A program made the position numbers and the translations under genes. Source: Patescibacteria group bacterium (GTDB lineage Bacteria; Patescibacteriota; Gracilibacteria; UBA1369; 2-02-FULL-48-14). From it: a stretch of 64,000 nucleotides of DNA. The stretch spans positions 31,104 through 95,103 of the forward strand of contig JAHIVE010000015.1 in assembly GCA_018816805.1 (NCBI GenBank), in the 5' to 3' direction. Shown here piece after piece: positions 19,160-28,391 of the stretch (position 1 is its first letter; each line of letters opens with the position of its first letter). Under the pieces are notes generated by a model that did not search any database, had not been told where the DNA came from, and worked only from the letters and a program-made list of their open reading frames with translations.

Positions 19160-20572
19160 ATGGCAGATGAAAGGATAGATCAGTCAAATCAAGAGGCTGT
19201 GCCCACGGGTACGGGGGCTGGGTCATATGTTGAGAGAGGAACTGAAGTGATTTTAGATGCTGTACAGGATATGATTCGGCGGGCAAAAAATGCTGTTTTG
19301 GGGCCGGGTTTTCATGAGGCACCGACGGAAATTCTTGAAGATGACAAAGTTTCTTCTATGGATCTAGAGGTGGAGTCTGGATGTGATTCTTCAGGTGCTG
19401 TTTCTGGGCCGTCTTCGGGCGGGTTGACTCCAGCTACCGTGGAGGAAATACCAACGGATGGAGAAGAGGTAGTGGAATTGCCCGTTTTTGTATCTTCAGA
19501 TGGAAGTGATGGCACTCCTCCTGCGCCACATCAAGCTGGAGCACATTTGGTTCGGGATGAATATGCAAAGAAGAAAAATTTGTTTAGGTTTGGAAGAGGA
19601 GAAACTGATGCTTCAGAGCATGATAAAAAGGATTATCCTGTTGGACAAAGTAGACGAGAGGTTCACGCAAGAATGAGGCTTATGATTGAAATGTTGGAGC
19701 ATAATTATGGGTCAGAGGCAGTGGAAAGGGTTGGTGTAATAAGGTTGCAAGAATATGTGGATCCAATAACATTTTATATACATGATGACGACCCGATTTT
19801 TGCTGACATGCCGGTAATTTTTGAAATTAAAAAGAAATTGGTGAGTGGCGGTTTAAGCAATGAAGAGGTTGATTACACCGGTGTTGTGGAAACATTTCAG
19901 TATGAGTTTGTAGCCGGCTATGTTGGTAAGCTTTTTAATGATGTGATAGAGCGGATTGATAACATTGTTACTGCATATAAAAGAGATGGAATTGCATATG
20001 TTGCGACTGATTTTGGATATGTTACTCATGAATTTCTGCGTGATTTGGAACATGTTTGTAAACGAATTGTCTCAGATAGCGAGCTTCAAGATGATATTGT
20101 TTTTATTCAGGAAAATTATCAGTCAGTTGGGCGTGAAACGGAGGCTAGCAAGAGGCTTAGGGAGGAACTTTTGGATATTGAAGCTTCACCTGAAAAGTTG
20201 GAAGCGGTTGAGTTTGTAGAAAAAGTAAAGGCGCAAGTTGATGCGTATGAGGAATTTGAGAGTCGTTTAAATCTTAAAAGTATGACTCCGGATGATGCTA
20301 GAGCATTAGGGATTAGGCAGATGCTTTTGTTGAAACTTGTTATTGGTCATATGAACAAACATATTGCCGGGCCAATAATGAAGCTTTTTAATGAAATTGA
20401 ACTTGAGGAAGGAGGTACCGGAAGAGCAATTGATTATTATCGTGAACAAGAACCTGTAGTGGTTTTGGACTATTGTTTAAAAAGTTTTGTGCAACTTTTG
20501 AGAATACAAAAAACCTTAAAGCAATTGCGCGGGCTAATTATTGGGCCGGATTCACTTAGAAGGATTGTCTAG
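19160..20572 (+). CDS. Hypothetical protein (470 aa), third gene of the AAA+/VWA operon
   Basis: Same strand, 83 nt downstream of the VWA gene. The N-terminal ~130 aa look acidic and disordered, followed by a helical region. I recognise no motif. Confidence 0.6.
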   Translation: MADERIDQSNQEAVPTGTGAGSYVERGTEVILDAVQDMIRRAKNAVLGPGFHEAPTEILEDDKVSSMDLEVESGCDSSGAVSGPSSGGLTPATVEEIPTDGEEVVELPVFVSSDGSDGTPPAPHQAGAHLVRDEYAKKKNLFRFGRGETDASEHDKKDYPVGQSRREVHARMRLMIEMLEHNYGSEAVERVGVIRLQEYVDPITFYIHDDDPIFADMPVIFEIKKKLVSGGLSNEEVDYTGVVETFQYEFVAGYVGKLFNDVIERIDNIVTAYKRDGIAYVATDFGYVTHEFLRDLEHVCKRIVSDSELQDDIVFIQENYQSVGRETEASKRLREELLDIEASPEKLEAVEFVEKVKAQVDAYEEFESRLNLKSMTPDDARALGIRQMLLLKLVIGHMNKHIAGPIMKLFNEIELEEGGTGRAIDYYREQEPVVVLDYCLKSFVQLLRIQKTLKQLRGLIIGPDSLRRIV

Positions 20573-20755
20573 TTCCTCCGTGATTCTCTGAAAGGCAGCT
20601 TGAACGTTTTTTCTTGCGTCTATATCAAATAGACCTGCTGCTTCAGCTATTGCGGCAAATCTTGCCTCATCTGCTGGGGTTACTACTATTTCAGCTTGTT
20701 TTGCTGCTTCTGACATTAGGTGAGTGGTTAATGCGACTTCATAATGCACTTCCAA
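20552..20755 (-). CDS. Possible small helical protein (67 aa)
   Basis: The ORF has a plausible composition. Its 3' end overlaps the convergent 470-aa gene by 21 nt. There is no motif support. Confidence 0.3.
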   Translation of the reverse strand: MEVHYEVALTTHLMSEAAKQAEIVVTPADEARFAAIAEAAGLFDIDARKNVQAAFQRITEELDNPSK

Positions 20756-20952
20756 ACCTGTTTTGTCAAGGTTTTGTTTGGGTTTTGACAGTTAAACTCA
20801 TTTATTGCTATGCTAAAAATGATGAAGATCATAAACACAAGTACGACCACTAAAGCCACCTTAAGAGGGTGAGGTCGTTTGTGAATGCAAAACACAATTG
20901 ACTTCACAAGTGAGTCCGATTTTTGCTTTAATTCTTTGTAACCAAGATTTCT

Positions 20953-22734
20953 ATGAATAAAGAAGACAAACTTCATGCAATGAGGCACAGCGCGGCGCAT
21001 GTTTTGGCGCAGGCGGTTTTAGATATGTTTCCCGAGGCTAAACTTGGAATTGGTCCTGTAATTGCCGACGGGTTTTATTATGACTTTGAATTGCCCAGGA
21101 CTCTGATCCCGGAGGATCTTTCAATTTTGGAAAAGAAAATGAAGGAAATAATGAAAGCGAAACAGAGGTTTGAGCGTAAAGTTGAGCCGGCTGAAAAGAC
21201 TTTTGAGTTTTTGAAGGAAGCGAGGCAACCGTTTAAGGAAGAGCTTGCGCGGGAGTTTGCTGCGGAAGGCCAGGAGATTTCATTTTATGAAAATGTGGAC
21301 AAAAACGGGAAGGTAAAGTTTGTGGATATGTGTGAGGGGCCGCATGCGGAGGATACCGGGAAGATTGGAGCTGTGAAACTCATGAAAATTGCCGGAGCTT
21401 ATTGGCGCGGGGATGAGAAAAATCCCCAATTGCAGAGAATTTATGGGGCTTGTTTTGAGACTAAGGAGGATTTGCAGGCACATTTGCAAATGCTTGAAGA
21501 GGCTGAGAAGCGGGATCATAGGAAACTTGGGAGGGAGCTTGAGATTTATATGATGAGTGAGGAAGTTGGGGCCGGGTTGCCGCTTTGGATGCCGAACGGT
21601 GCTGTGATTGCGGAGGAACTTGAAAAATTGGCTAAAGAGGTTGAATACAGCGGAGGGTATGACAGAGTTCGGACGCCGCACATTACAAAGGGCGAGCTAT
21701 ATGAAAAATCCGGTCACCTTCCCTACTACGCGGAAAGTATGTATCCGCCAATGGAAATGGACAATGAGAAATACTATTTGAAGCCAATGAATTGTCCTCA
21801 TCATCATTTGATTTTTGGCGGGAAAATGCGGTCGTACCGGGAGATGCCGGTTAGGTTTGCGGAGTATGGACATTGCTACCGGTTTGAGGACAGCGGGGCA
21901 CTTTTTGGGCTTATGAGGGTTAGGTCAATGTGTATGAATGATGCGCATATTTACTGCACTGAAGAGCAATTTCAGGATGAGTTTTTAGCAGTTATTGATA
22001 TTTACAAAAAATATTTTGAGATTTTCGGGATTGAAAAGTACGAGATGCGGCTTTCTTTGCATGACAAAGAGGGTCTGGGTAAAAAGTATGTGGATGAGGA
22101 GAAGCTTTGGATTCAGACGGAAGAGGATGTTCGAAGAGTCATGAAAAAGTCCGGGGTTAAGTTTAGTGAGGCCGAGGGCGAAGCGGCGTTTTACGGGCCC
22201 AAGATTGATGTTGAAATTTGGTCGGCGATTGGGCGTGAATTTACACTGGCGACGAATCAGCTGGATTTTGCGGTGCCAAAGAGGTTTGGGCTTACTTATG
22301 TGGACAAGGACGGAAAAGATAAAACTCCGCTTTGTATTCACAGAGCACCTTTGTCCACTCATGAGCGGTTTATTGGCTTTTTGATTGAGCATTTTGCGGG
22401 GGCTTTCCCAACTTGGCTGGCGCCTGTGCAAGTAACTGTATTGCCTGTTTCTGATAATTTTATGGATTATGCTCAGGAAGTTGCCGCTGAGCTTAAGGCT
22501 GAAGGGGTGAGAGTTAAAGTGGATGATAATAGCGAGAGTTTGGGGAAGAAGATACGCGGGGCGGAGAAAATGAAAATTCCTTGGATGCTGGTGATTGGGG
22601 AAAAGGAGGTGGCTGAAAAAATGGTTGCCGCTCGGAATTATCACAGCAAAAAACAGGAGGTTTACGGGAAAGATGAGTTTAAGAAAATGGTGCTTAAGGA
22701 AATTTGCGAAAGAAGTTTGCCTGCTAAGTCTTAA
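20953..22734 (+). CDS. thrS: Threonyl-tRNA synthetase, short form without an N-terminal TGS domain
   Basis: 'HSAAHVLAQAV', 'HRKLGRELEIY' and class II core motifs ('FRFEDSGALFGLMRVR'), with a C-terminal anticodon-binding region. 593 aa. Confidence 0.95.
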   Translation: MNKEDKLHAMRHSAAHVLAQAVLDMFPEAKLGIGPVIADGFYYDFELPRTLIPEDLSILEKKMKEIMKAKQRFERKVEPAEKTFEFLKEARQPFKEELAREFAAEGQEISFYENVDKNGKVKFVDMCEGPHAEDTGKIGAVKLMKIAGAYWRGDEKNPQLQRIYGACFETKEDLQAHLQMLEEAEKRDHRKLGRELEIYMMSEEVGAGLPLWMPNGAVIAEELEKLAKEVEYSGGYDRVRTPHITKGELYEKSGHLPYYAESMYPPMEMDNEKYYLKPMNCPHHHLIFGGKMRSYREMPVRFAEYGHCYRFEDSGALFGLMRVRSMCMNDAHIYCTEEQFQDEFLAVIDIYKKYFEIFGIEKYEMRLSLHDKEGLGKKYVDEEKLWIQTEEDVRRVMKKSGVKFSEAEGEAAFYGPKIDVEIWSAIGREFTLATNQLDFAVPKRFGLTYVDKDGKDKTPLCIHRAPLSTHERFIGFLIEHFAGAFPTWLAPVQVTVLPVSDNFMDYAQEVAAELKAEGVRVKVDDNSESLGKKIRGAEKMKIPWMLVIGEKEVAEKMVAARNYHSKKQEVYGKDEFKKMVLKEICERSLPAKS

Positions 22735-25700
22735 GCAGCTTGTTGCTCTTCTCCGGAGCCAAACCAAGAGTTGTTATTTGCCGGGTTTTGTATGCGTTCA
22801 GCATGATCTGGACCAACGTACCATAATGTTTCACCCCAAGGTGGAGGCGTTACTCCGGTGGTTTTCCATGCTTCGTTTTTGTACTTCACTTGTGCTTTTT
22901 TAAGTTTATCCATGTTTTCTTTGGCTCCGTTTTTTGCTTGGTCATCACGGACTTTTTGTAGCATTCGTGAGGCGATTTCCGGATTTTCACTAAATAAGAA
23001 ACGAGTATAAGCACCGGCTGCTTTGTATAGGTCATCTACCGTGTTTATGCTGTCTGTTGCATCTCCAAATATCTTTTTGCCTTCGTATTTTTTCTTTAGA
23101 TTTTCAACAAATTGTTTTACTTGCTCGTTGCTCTTTATGGTGCCGTTGAATAATGGATCAAAGAAATCCGGGTCAAGTTCACGGACGTAAGAGCGGCAAG
23201 TTTCCATGTTTTTGCGAACTGTGTAGTCATTTCCGCGTTTAAACATACTTGTGTATGCTCCAACTGCACGAGGCACTGATTCGTATGCACCGGAACTTCC
23301 CCATCTGAAGAAGGTTTGGTTTTTGTACATGCGTTCTGAGGTGATTGCATCCATGGTGACAAATTGGGAAACGAATCTTACTAGGTCGTCTCTTGTATCA
23401 TCCTTTTTGTCGTATTCGTTGAAAGCAGCGCTGTCCATAAATTGCAAGTGTGCGACGGTCCAGTTTTGCATACCGGTCATAGGGAGTGTGTATCCATTTG
23501 ACTGTTTACGGAGGATTTCTGTTGCGGTGGAGTCGTTGACGTAGGCTAAGAAAGCTGTCGAGTCGTCATGGTCCAGTGTTTGTCCCCCGGTAAACACTTT
23601 ATCAATACGAGTTTGAACACGCTGCAGACGCATTGCCTGTGTCTCAAACCAGTTTAAATACATTGGGCCGGGTTCGTTGTCTTCCCAGTTGAGTGCTGCA
23701 ACCTCACGAATATCTTTTAAGTTTGGTTTTTCACCTCTGGCTGTACTTGAACCAAAATAGTCAATTACAGGATAGTTGTTGATACGTTTTGAGTTAATGG
23801 CGGATCCGCGGTCGGCGCTTAGGAGGCCGGTTGCGATCCCTTGGATGAGATAATAAAGTTTAGCTTCTCCAGTCATTTTTCCGTAGATAATAGAATAATC
23901 GACAGCTTCTTCGTATTCGTGAGGGTCGACTTTTGCTGCTTCACCTTTTTCCTTGTAGCGCTTCAATAAGCCTTTCAAGTGTCTTTGAAGACCTCCAGAA
24001 TATTCGGCGATTCTATTCATTCTTTCTTCATTTTTTTGTTTGCCGCTTTCATAATTTGAGTTGTTTGTGTTGTACCATTCATTAAAGGTGTCGTAGTCCC
24101 AAAGCACACCCACTACTTTTTGGAGGCGGCTCATGAAGCGGCTCATGTCTAATGTTTCTACTGAAATGTCTTCGTCAAAAACAATTTGGTCTTGGAATTT
24201 GTTAAATTGTTTTAGAAGACCGGGGTCATCCCAGCGGATTCTTCCTCTGTCAGCCAACAAATACAAACAAGCTTTCAATTCGTCCTGGTTGTTTGTTGTC
24301 CTAGCGACATCTTGTATTTGCCAGGCGTCTTTGTTCCCGTAAATGTCCTTATAGTGGTTAACTTCCTCTTGCTCCGCTTGTTCTTTCATTTTGTCGAACT
24401 CGTTTGGAAGTGTTTGTACGTAAGGAAGATTTTCTAGTGGTTTTAATACCTTGAATACGGTTTTACCTAAACGCAGATTTTGGTCACGATTATATCTTCT
24501 GGTTGCCCATTCTTTGATTATTTCTCCGGCACGTTTTACGTTTTGAAGTGAAATGAATTGCCATTCGTATCCTGAACCTGGTTCTGGAATATTTTTATAT
24601 AATTCTATGTAACTGGAAATTTTATTTCTTGCGATTTTGATTTCATACATCCCGTTATCTCTGGTCTCATCTAATAATTTGTCGTATTTTTCAAAGGCTT
24701 CGTGGAGTCCATTAGCAAAGCTGATTGTGTCTCCTTTGTCCATTGCTCCGCTTTTTAGGGCATTCAGTTGGAGTCTGAGACCTTGTTGTATTTGGAATTT
24801 GGGCTTGTCACCGGATTTGAAGAGAATTTTTTCTCCTTTTTCGTTCCTGAAATATTCTTCGTCACTAAAAATGTCATCATATATGTTGGAAATGTTGCCC
24901 CAATCTCTAATAATGTTTTTTTGTTTCTCAAGTGTTTCAAGTTCATTCTTTTTATAATCTTCTTCAATGTAGGAATTGTTTTTAATTATTCTTTCAAGTT
25001 CTTCAAGTTCTGAAAGCGTTGCTGCTGCTTCTTGTGACAACTCTTTAGCTTTTGGATCAATATCATTTTTCTTCTTTTCCACAAGCGCTTCGTATTCTCG
25101 TTCCAGCTGATCAATTGAGATTTCGTTGGACCTTGCTTCTTTTGCGTAAGCGTATTGGTCTTCAAGTTTTTTAATTGTTTGATAGACAGCAATGTATTCT
25201 TGGAATGGTTCGTCGTCCGTTAAATTGTTTTTTATTTGTTTGAGAACGGCATCAATTGTGTTTAGGTAATTGTCTTTGAGGTCTTCAAAGTGTTTTGGAG
25301 GCTTAGTTTCCCATCTTTTTTTAAGAAATTTCAAACGTTTGTTGAAGTCCTTGCGCATTTGTTTATAAAGCTCTTTCATTGCTCTATCACGTTGTTTTTC
25401 CATGTCAGCGATTATCTGATCAAGAGCTGCCAACACGTCGTCGCGGGTTTGTAATTTTAGATTGCGAATAGATTTTGGGCTCATATTGAATCCACTTTTA
25501 AAGCGACCGGCATCCATGGCTTGATACATGGATGCGAACTCTTCCTGAAGTCTGTTTATTGGGCCAATCCATCTTAAATCTTCCATTATGTCATCCGGAA
25601 CGTCGGCTTTTTGAAGACGTACTTTCATTTTGTTGAAAGATTTTACGTAGCCATCAAAACCGTGATATTCCGTAAACATTGCATTCCATGTTCTTTCAAT

Positions 25701-26297
25701 ACTTTCACGGTCACCTGACTCAAAGTAGACCGCTTCCGGGCCCGGAATTATTGTTGGCACTTTTTCTTTTGTATTGAAGGCTTCTGAAGTTGGTGGAACT
25801 GAAAGTTCTTCAACGTTGCCTCCTCCAGTTCTTTTCTTTGCCGGGGCTAGAAATTCTGGTGTGACTAATCCACGGTTTCTTGCTTGATCATCCACAATAA
25901 GAAGGAAATAATTGCCTTCTTGCGGTGAGCCGGCCTTTCCTCTGTATCCTCTTAATCTGTGGGTTCCTATGGTTAGTTCCCAGTTCAGATAGTCATATGC
26001 TGCATTAAGTTGTTGATCTGTGGGTGCGTTTTGGGTGATTTCAGTTCCGGGTTGAATCCATGCTTCAATTTCAGTGAGCGGGATTTTTCTGTTGTTTGCG
26101 GAAAGTATGTCTCTTTCCACTTTTAGTTCAACAATGTCGTTGTTTTTTGTTAAAAGCTCATTCTGTCCAAGTGTAGGACCGGATTCATGAGTTCCACCGG
26201 TTCCCGTTGGGCCGCCGTTTGCAAAGACAAGTGATCCTCCCCCTAGAATGAGGTTTTTTTCTGAGTCCTGCTGATTGTGGTATCTGTGTGTTCGCAT
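22731..26297 (-). CDS. Orphan 1188-aa soluble protein with a coiled-coil-rich middle region
   Basis: Uninterrupted ORF with its own upstream promoter. I see no Walker motif, TM segment or signal peptide. Confidence 0.7.
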   Translation of the reverse strand: MRTHRYHNQQDSEKNLILGGGSLVFANGGPTGTGGTHESGPTLGQNELLTKNNDIVELKVERDILSANNRKIPLTEIEAWIQPGTEITQNAPTDQQLNAAYDYLNWELTIGTHRLRGYRGKAGSPQEGNYFLLIVDDQARNRGLVTPEFLAPAKKRTGGGNVEELSVPPTSEAFNTKEKVPTIIPGPEAVYFESGDRESIERTWNAMFTEYHGFDGYVKSFNKMKVRLQKADVPDDIMEDLRWIGPINRLQEEFASMYQAMDAGRFKSGFNMSPKSIRNLKLQTRDDVLAALDQIIADMEKQRDRAMKELYKQMRKDFNKRLKFLKKRWETKPPKHFEDLKDNYLNTIDAVLKQIKNNLTDDEPFQEYIAVYQTIKKLEDQYAYAKEARSNEISIDQLEREYEALVEKKKNDIDPKAKELSQEAAATLSELEELERIIKNNSYIEEDYKKNELETLEKQKNIIRDWGNISNIYDDIFSDEEYFRNEKGEKILFKSGDKPKFQIQQGLRLQLNALKSGAMDKGDTISFANGLHEAFEKYDKLLDETRDNGMYEIKIARNKISSYIELYKNIPEPGSGYEWQFISLQNVKRAGEIIKEWATRRYNRDQNLRLGKTVFKVLKPLENLPYVQTLPNEFDKMKEQAEQEEVNHYKDIYGNKDAWQIQDVARTTNNQDELKACLYLLADRGRIRWDDPGLLKQFNKFQDQIVFDEDISVETLDMSRFMSRLQKVVGVLWDYDTFNEWYNTNNSNYESGKQKNEERMNRIAEYSGGLQRHLKGLLKRYKEKGEAAKVDPHEYEEAVDYSIIYGKMTGEAKLYYLIQGIATGLLSADRGSAINSKRINNYPVIDYFGSSTARGEKPNLKDIREVAALNWEDNEPGPMYLNWFETQAMRLQRVQTRIDKVFTGGQTLDHDDSTAFLAYVNDSTATEILRKQSNGYTLPMTGMQNWTVAHLQFMDSAAFNEYDKKDDTRDDLVRFVSQFVTMDAITSERMYKNQTFFRWGSSGAYESVPRAVGAYTSMFKRGNDYTVRKNMETCRSYVRELDPDFFDPLFNGTIKSNEQVKQFVENLKKKYEGKKIFGDATDSINTVDDLYKAAGAYTRFLFSENPEIASRMLQKVRDDQAKNGAKENMDKLKKAQVKYKNEAWKTTGVTPPPWGETLWYVGPDHAERIQNPANNNSWFGSGEEQQAA

Positions 26298-26422
26298 ATC
26301 AGGTGGGTGATAAGGCTTCCTTTTTGGAAGCGAGAGAGAGGAGTAGCTTAGCTATTTAAGCTAAGCGGACTCTTCCCTCACAATCACCCTGATTGGATCA
26401 CAGATTTGATCGTAGGAGGGTA

Positions 26423-26450
26423 ATTGTATCACGTTGTGTTAATTTGTCAA
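26423..26450 (-). promoter_or_regulatory. Sigma70-like promoter for the 1188-aa gene
   Basis: On the minus strand: TTGACA (26450-26445), a 16-nt spacer, then TACAAT (26428-26423). A leader of about 120 nt follows. Confidence 0.55.
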
Positions 26451-26471
26451 GTTTGGGTTAATTTTGGGTTA

Positions 26472-28391
26472 TTATCCAGGCGCTCCGTCTGCTGGGGGTG
26501 GTGCTGGTGTTGGCGGAGCTGCTGGGGGTGGTGTTGCAGCTGCTGAAGTTCCTTTTCTCAGTGCTCCTTGAACAGTTTCACCTACTTGACCCTGAAAAGG
26601 TCCTTCGTTTTGTAGGATTGTATCAAGTTCTTCAAAGTTCCTATTTCGGCCTGCTTGTTGAACTCTTTCAACGAGGTTCTTTTTATCTTGCTCGCTCATT
26701 TGAGATCTATTTATTGCGTTGGTCATGGCTGCTGTTACCATTGTGATATCTGCGTTTACTATTCCCAAATTAAGGGCGTCACGGAGATATTTAATTGAAT
26801 TTTCTGCAGTGGTTTGTTCGGCGGCGCTGCGTAGTAATTTTTGAGTTTGCCCCTCTTCTAGACCAATCATGCCCATTAGTGCTTGGGTTTGTGCTTCAGT
26901 GTTGGCAAAACCTGAAAGTCCTTGTTGCCAAGGTGTTTCACCTCTTTGGACTTGCTCAATTACTCGTGAAGGTACATTCATGAAAGCTGCAGGAGACCAC
27001 ATTTGTTCTGGTTGACCGGCTGCGGTTCTAACCGGAATAATTGGTAAGAATTTAGGTGATGAAGCTACCCCTTTGGCGATTGTTTCTGAGAATGATTTAA
27101 TTCCGCCGACAATTCCCTCGGCGTAAGTACCTTGGGCGGCTGCAAAGACACCTGTCCAAACCACAACAACACTTGTGATGGCTATCATGATTTGTTGAAG
27201 ATCTGAAATTCCGGTTATTAGGAATTCGCCTTTAAGGATTGCGTCAACTTTTGTGGCTGTAAATGCGGCACTGGCACCTCCCACAACGTTGGATAGGGCG
27301 TCCACCATTAAATATCCTATGGTCATAACCAGTCCAATAACAATTGGGGCTATAAGATGTTTGATTACTTTTTGTGAAACATCTCCGCCGCCACCTCCAA
27401 GCTCTTTGAATTGGGGTACAACGTATGTGAGTACAAGTATTGGAGATAAAGCCAATGCGGTCCAAAGAACAACAACGCGGAAGATTAGCAGAAGACCCAG
27501 TACTACATAAGAAACTGCAAATACCACGTACATTACCAGGGCAAAAATGGAATTAAGCAAAAGCTCTTTGTAATCCGTGACTTCCGAACTTACGTAAGGC
27601 AGTGTTGTGAGAGCTCCCATGTTTGTTGCCATGAGAATTCCAATGTTATTTGTGCTGAGCCTTGAGAAAACACTATTTTGTGCAATTGTACTCAAATTTC
27701 CGGTTGGAACATCCTTCGTTGCTTCTTCCGTCCCAAATTCACAAAACAGGTTGGTTTGAATGGGCAATTTGTCGCCTTTGGAGTAATGGGTGACTTCCTG
27801 AGTTTGTTCGTTATATGATTTGTTACAAACCGACCGTGTAAATGTATCTACGTCTTTGTTGAAGTCGAATTCGTCAGTTTTTGTCAGTTCAAGTGGCAAA
27901 CCAAAGACAGCTGTTGTTGCTATGCTTGAAATGTCAATTATTATCTTTCCTCCCAAGAAAGTGAAGTTTACCAAAATTATACCTATTATAAGTTTTGGCA
28001 GTGCTGTTTTGAGGGCAAGATTACCTTCGTTTCCAAGGCCTAATATGTTGTAAAAGGCAATTGCAATCATTACCAAGACAAAAATTACGTTCACAATGTT
28101 ACGAACCTCCACCCAAATGCCGAGCAACCTTTCTTCCATTCCGGGCCCAATAATTATGTCACTGTCCATCAAGTCGCCTATCATTAAAAGGAAAGGCCAA
28201 AGCAAAACATTCAAGAAATTTATTCCGTATTGGATCAGTGTGCCTAAACTTTCCGTGGTTTTATCTGCGGTTGTCTCTGCGGCGAATGCCATTTTTGGTA
28301 TCAAAACAATGCAGACAGCCAACATCAGGGGAACGATTATTCCTTTTCTTTTCCAGAGAATCTGCGTGATGTTTTTCAGAAAGTTTTTCAT
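26472..28391 (-). CDS. Polytopic membrane protein (639 aa) with an N-terminal signal and a Pro/Ala-rich C-terminal tail
   Basis: Signal-like 'IVPLMLAVCIVLIPKMAFAAE'. Many hydrophobic segments. The tail is 'AAATPPPAAPPTPAPPPADGAPG'. Its start abuts the upstream stop (TAAATG). Confidence 0.75.
   Translation of the reverse strand: MKNFLKNITQILWKRKGIIVPLMLAVCIVLIPKMAFAAETTADKTTESLGTLIQYGINFLNVLLWPFLLMIGDLMDSDIIIGPGMEERLLGIWVEVRNIVNVIFVLVMIAIAFYNILGLGNEGNLALKTALPKLIIGIILVNFTFLGGKIIIDISSIATTAVFGLPLELTKTDEFDFNKDVDTFTRSVCNKSYNEQTQEVTHYSKGDKLPIQTNLFCEFGTEEATKDVPTGNLSTIAQNSVFSRLSTNNIGILMATNMGALTTLPYVSSEVTDYKELLLNSIFALVMYVVFAVSYVVLGLLLIFRVVVLWTALALSPILVLTYVVPQFKELGGGGGDVSQKVIKHLIAPIVIGLVMTIGYLMVDALSNVVGGASAAFTATKVDAILKGEFLITGISDLQQIMIAITSVVVVWTGVFAAAQGTYAEGIVGGIKSFSETIAKGVASSPKFLPIIPVRTAAGQPEQMWSPAAFMNVPSRVIEQVQRGETPWQQGLSGFANTEAQTQALMGMIGLEEGQTQKLLRSAAEQTTAENSIKYLRDALNLGIVNADITMVTAAMTNAINRSQMSEQDKKNLVERVQQAGRNRNFEELDTILQNEGPFQGQVGETVQGALRKGTSAAATPPPAAPPTPAPPPADGAPG

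Noticed and set aside
20785-20952. Long (~130-nt) thrS leader with hairpin acgacc..ggtcgt (20843-20878), considered as a T-box or ThrRS autoregulatory operator
   Set aside because: There is no T-box consensus, no specifier/antiterminator arrangement, no anticodon-like NGU loop and no U-tract after the hairpin. The promoter assignment (TTGACA-18-TATGCT) is itself only moderate.
20728-21000. 90-aa minus-strand ORF overlapping the thrS start
   Set aside because: It overlaps the thrS 5' end and the putative thrS promoter/leader. Only a short hydrophobic stretch looks protein-like, and I have no independent support.
21985-22767. 260-aa minus-strand ORF from the track
   Set aside because: It lies entirely antisense to thrS and has a low-complexity composition. 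It is a shadow ORF.
26472-28391. The 639-aa polytopic protein as a VirB6/TrbL-like type IV secretion component
   Set aside because: Only the topology and a Pro-rich tail resemble VirB6/TrbL. No VirB4/VirD4-type ATPase, relaxase or pilin-like gene is present in the cluster or elsewhere in the window, so a T4SS call is unsupported.
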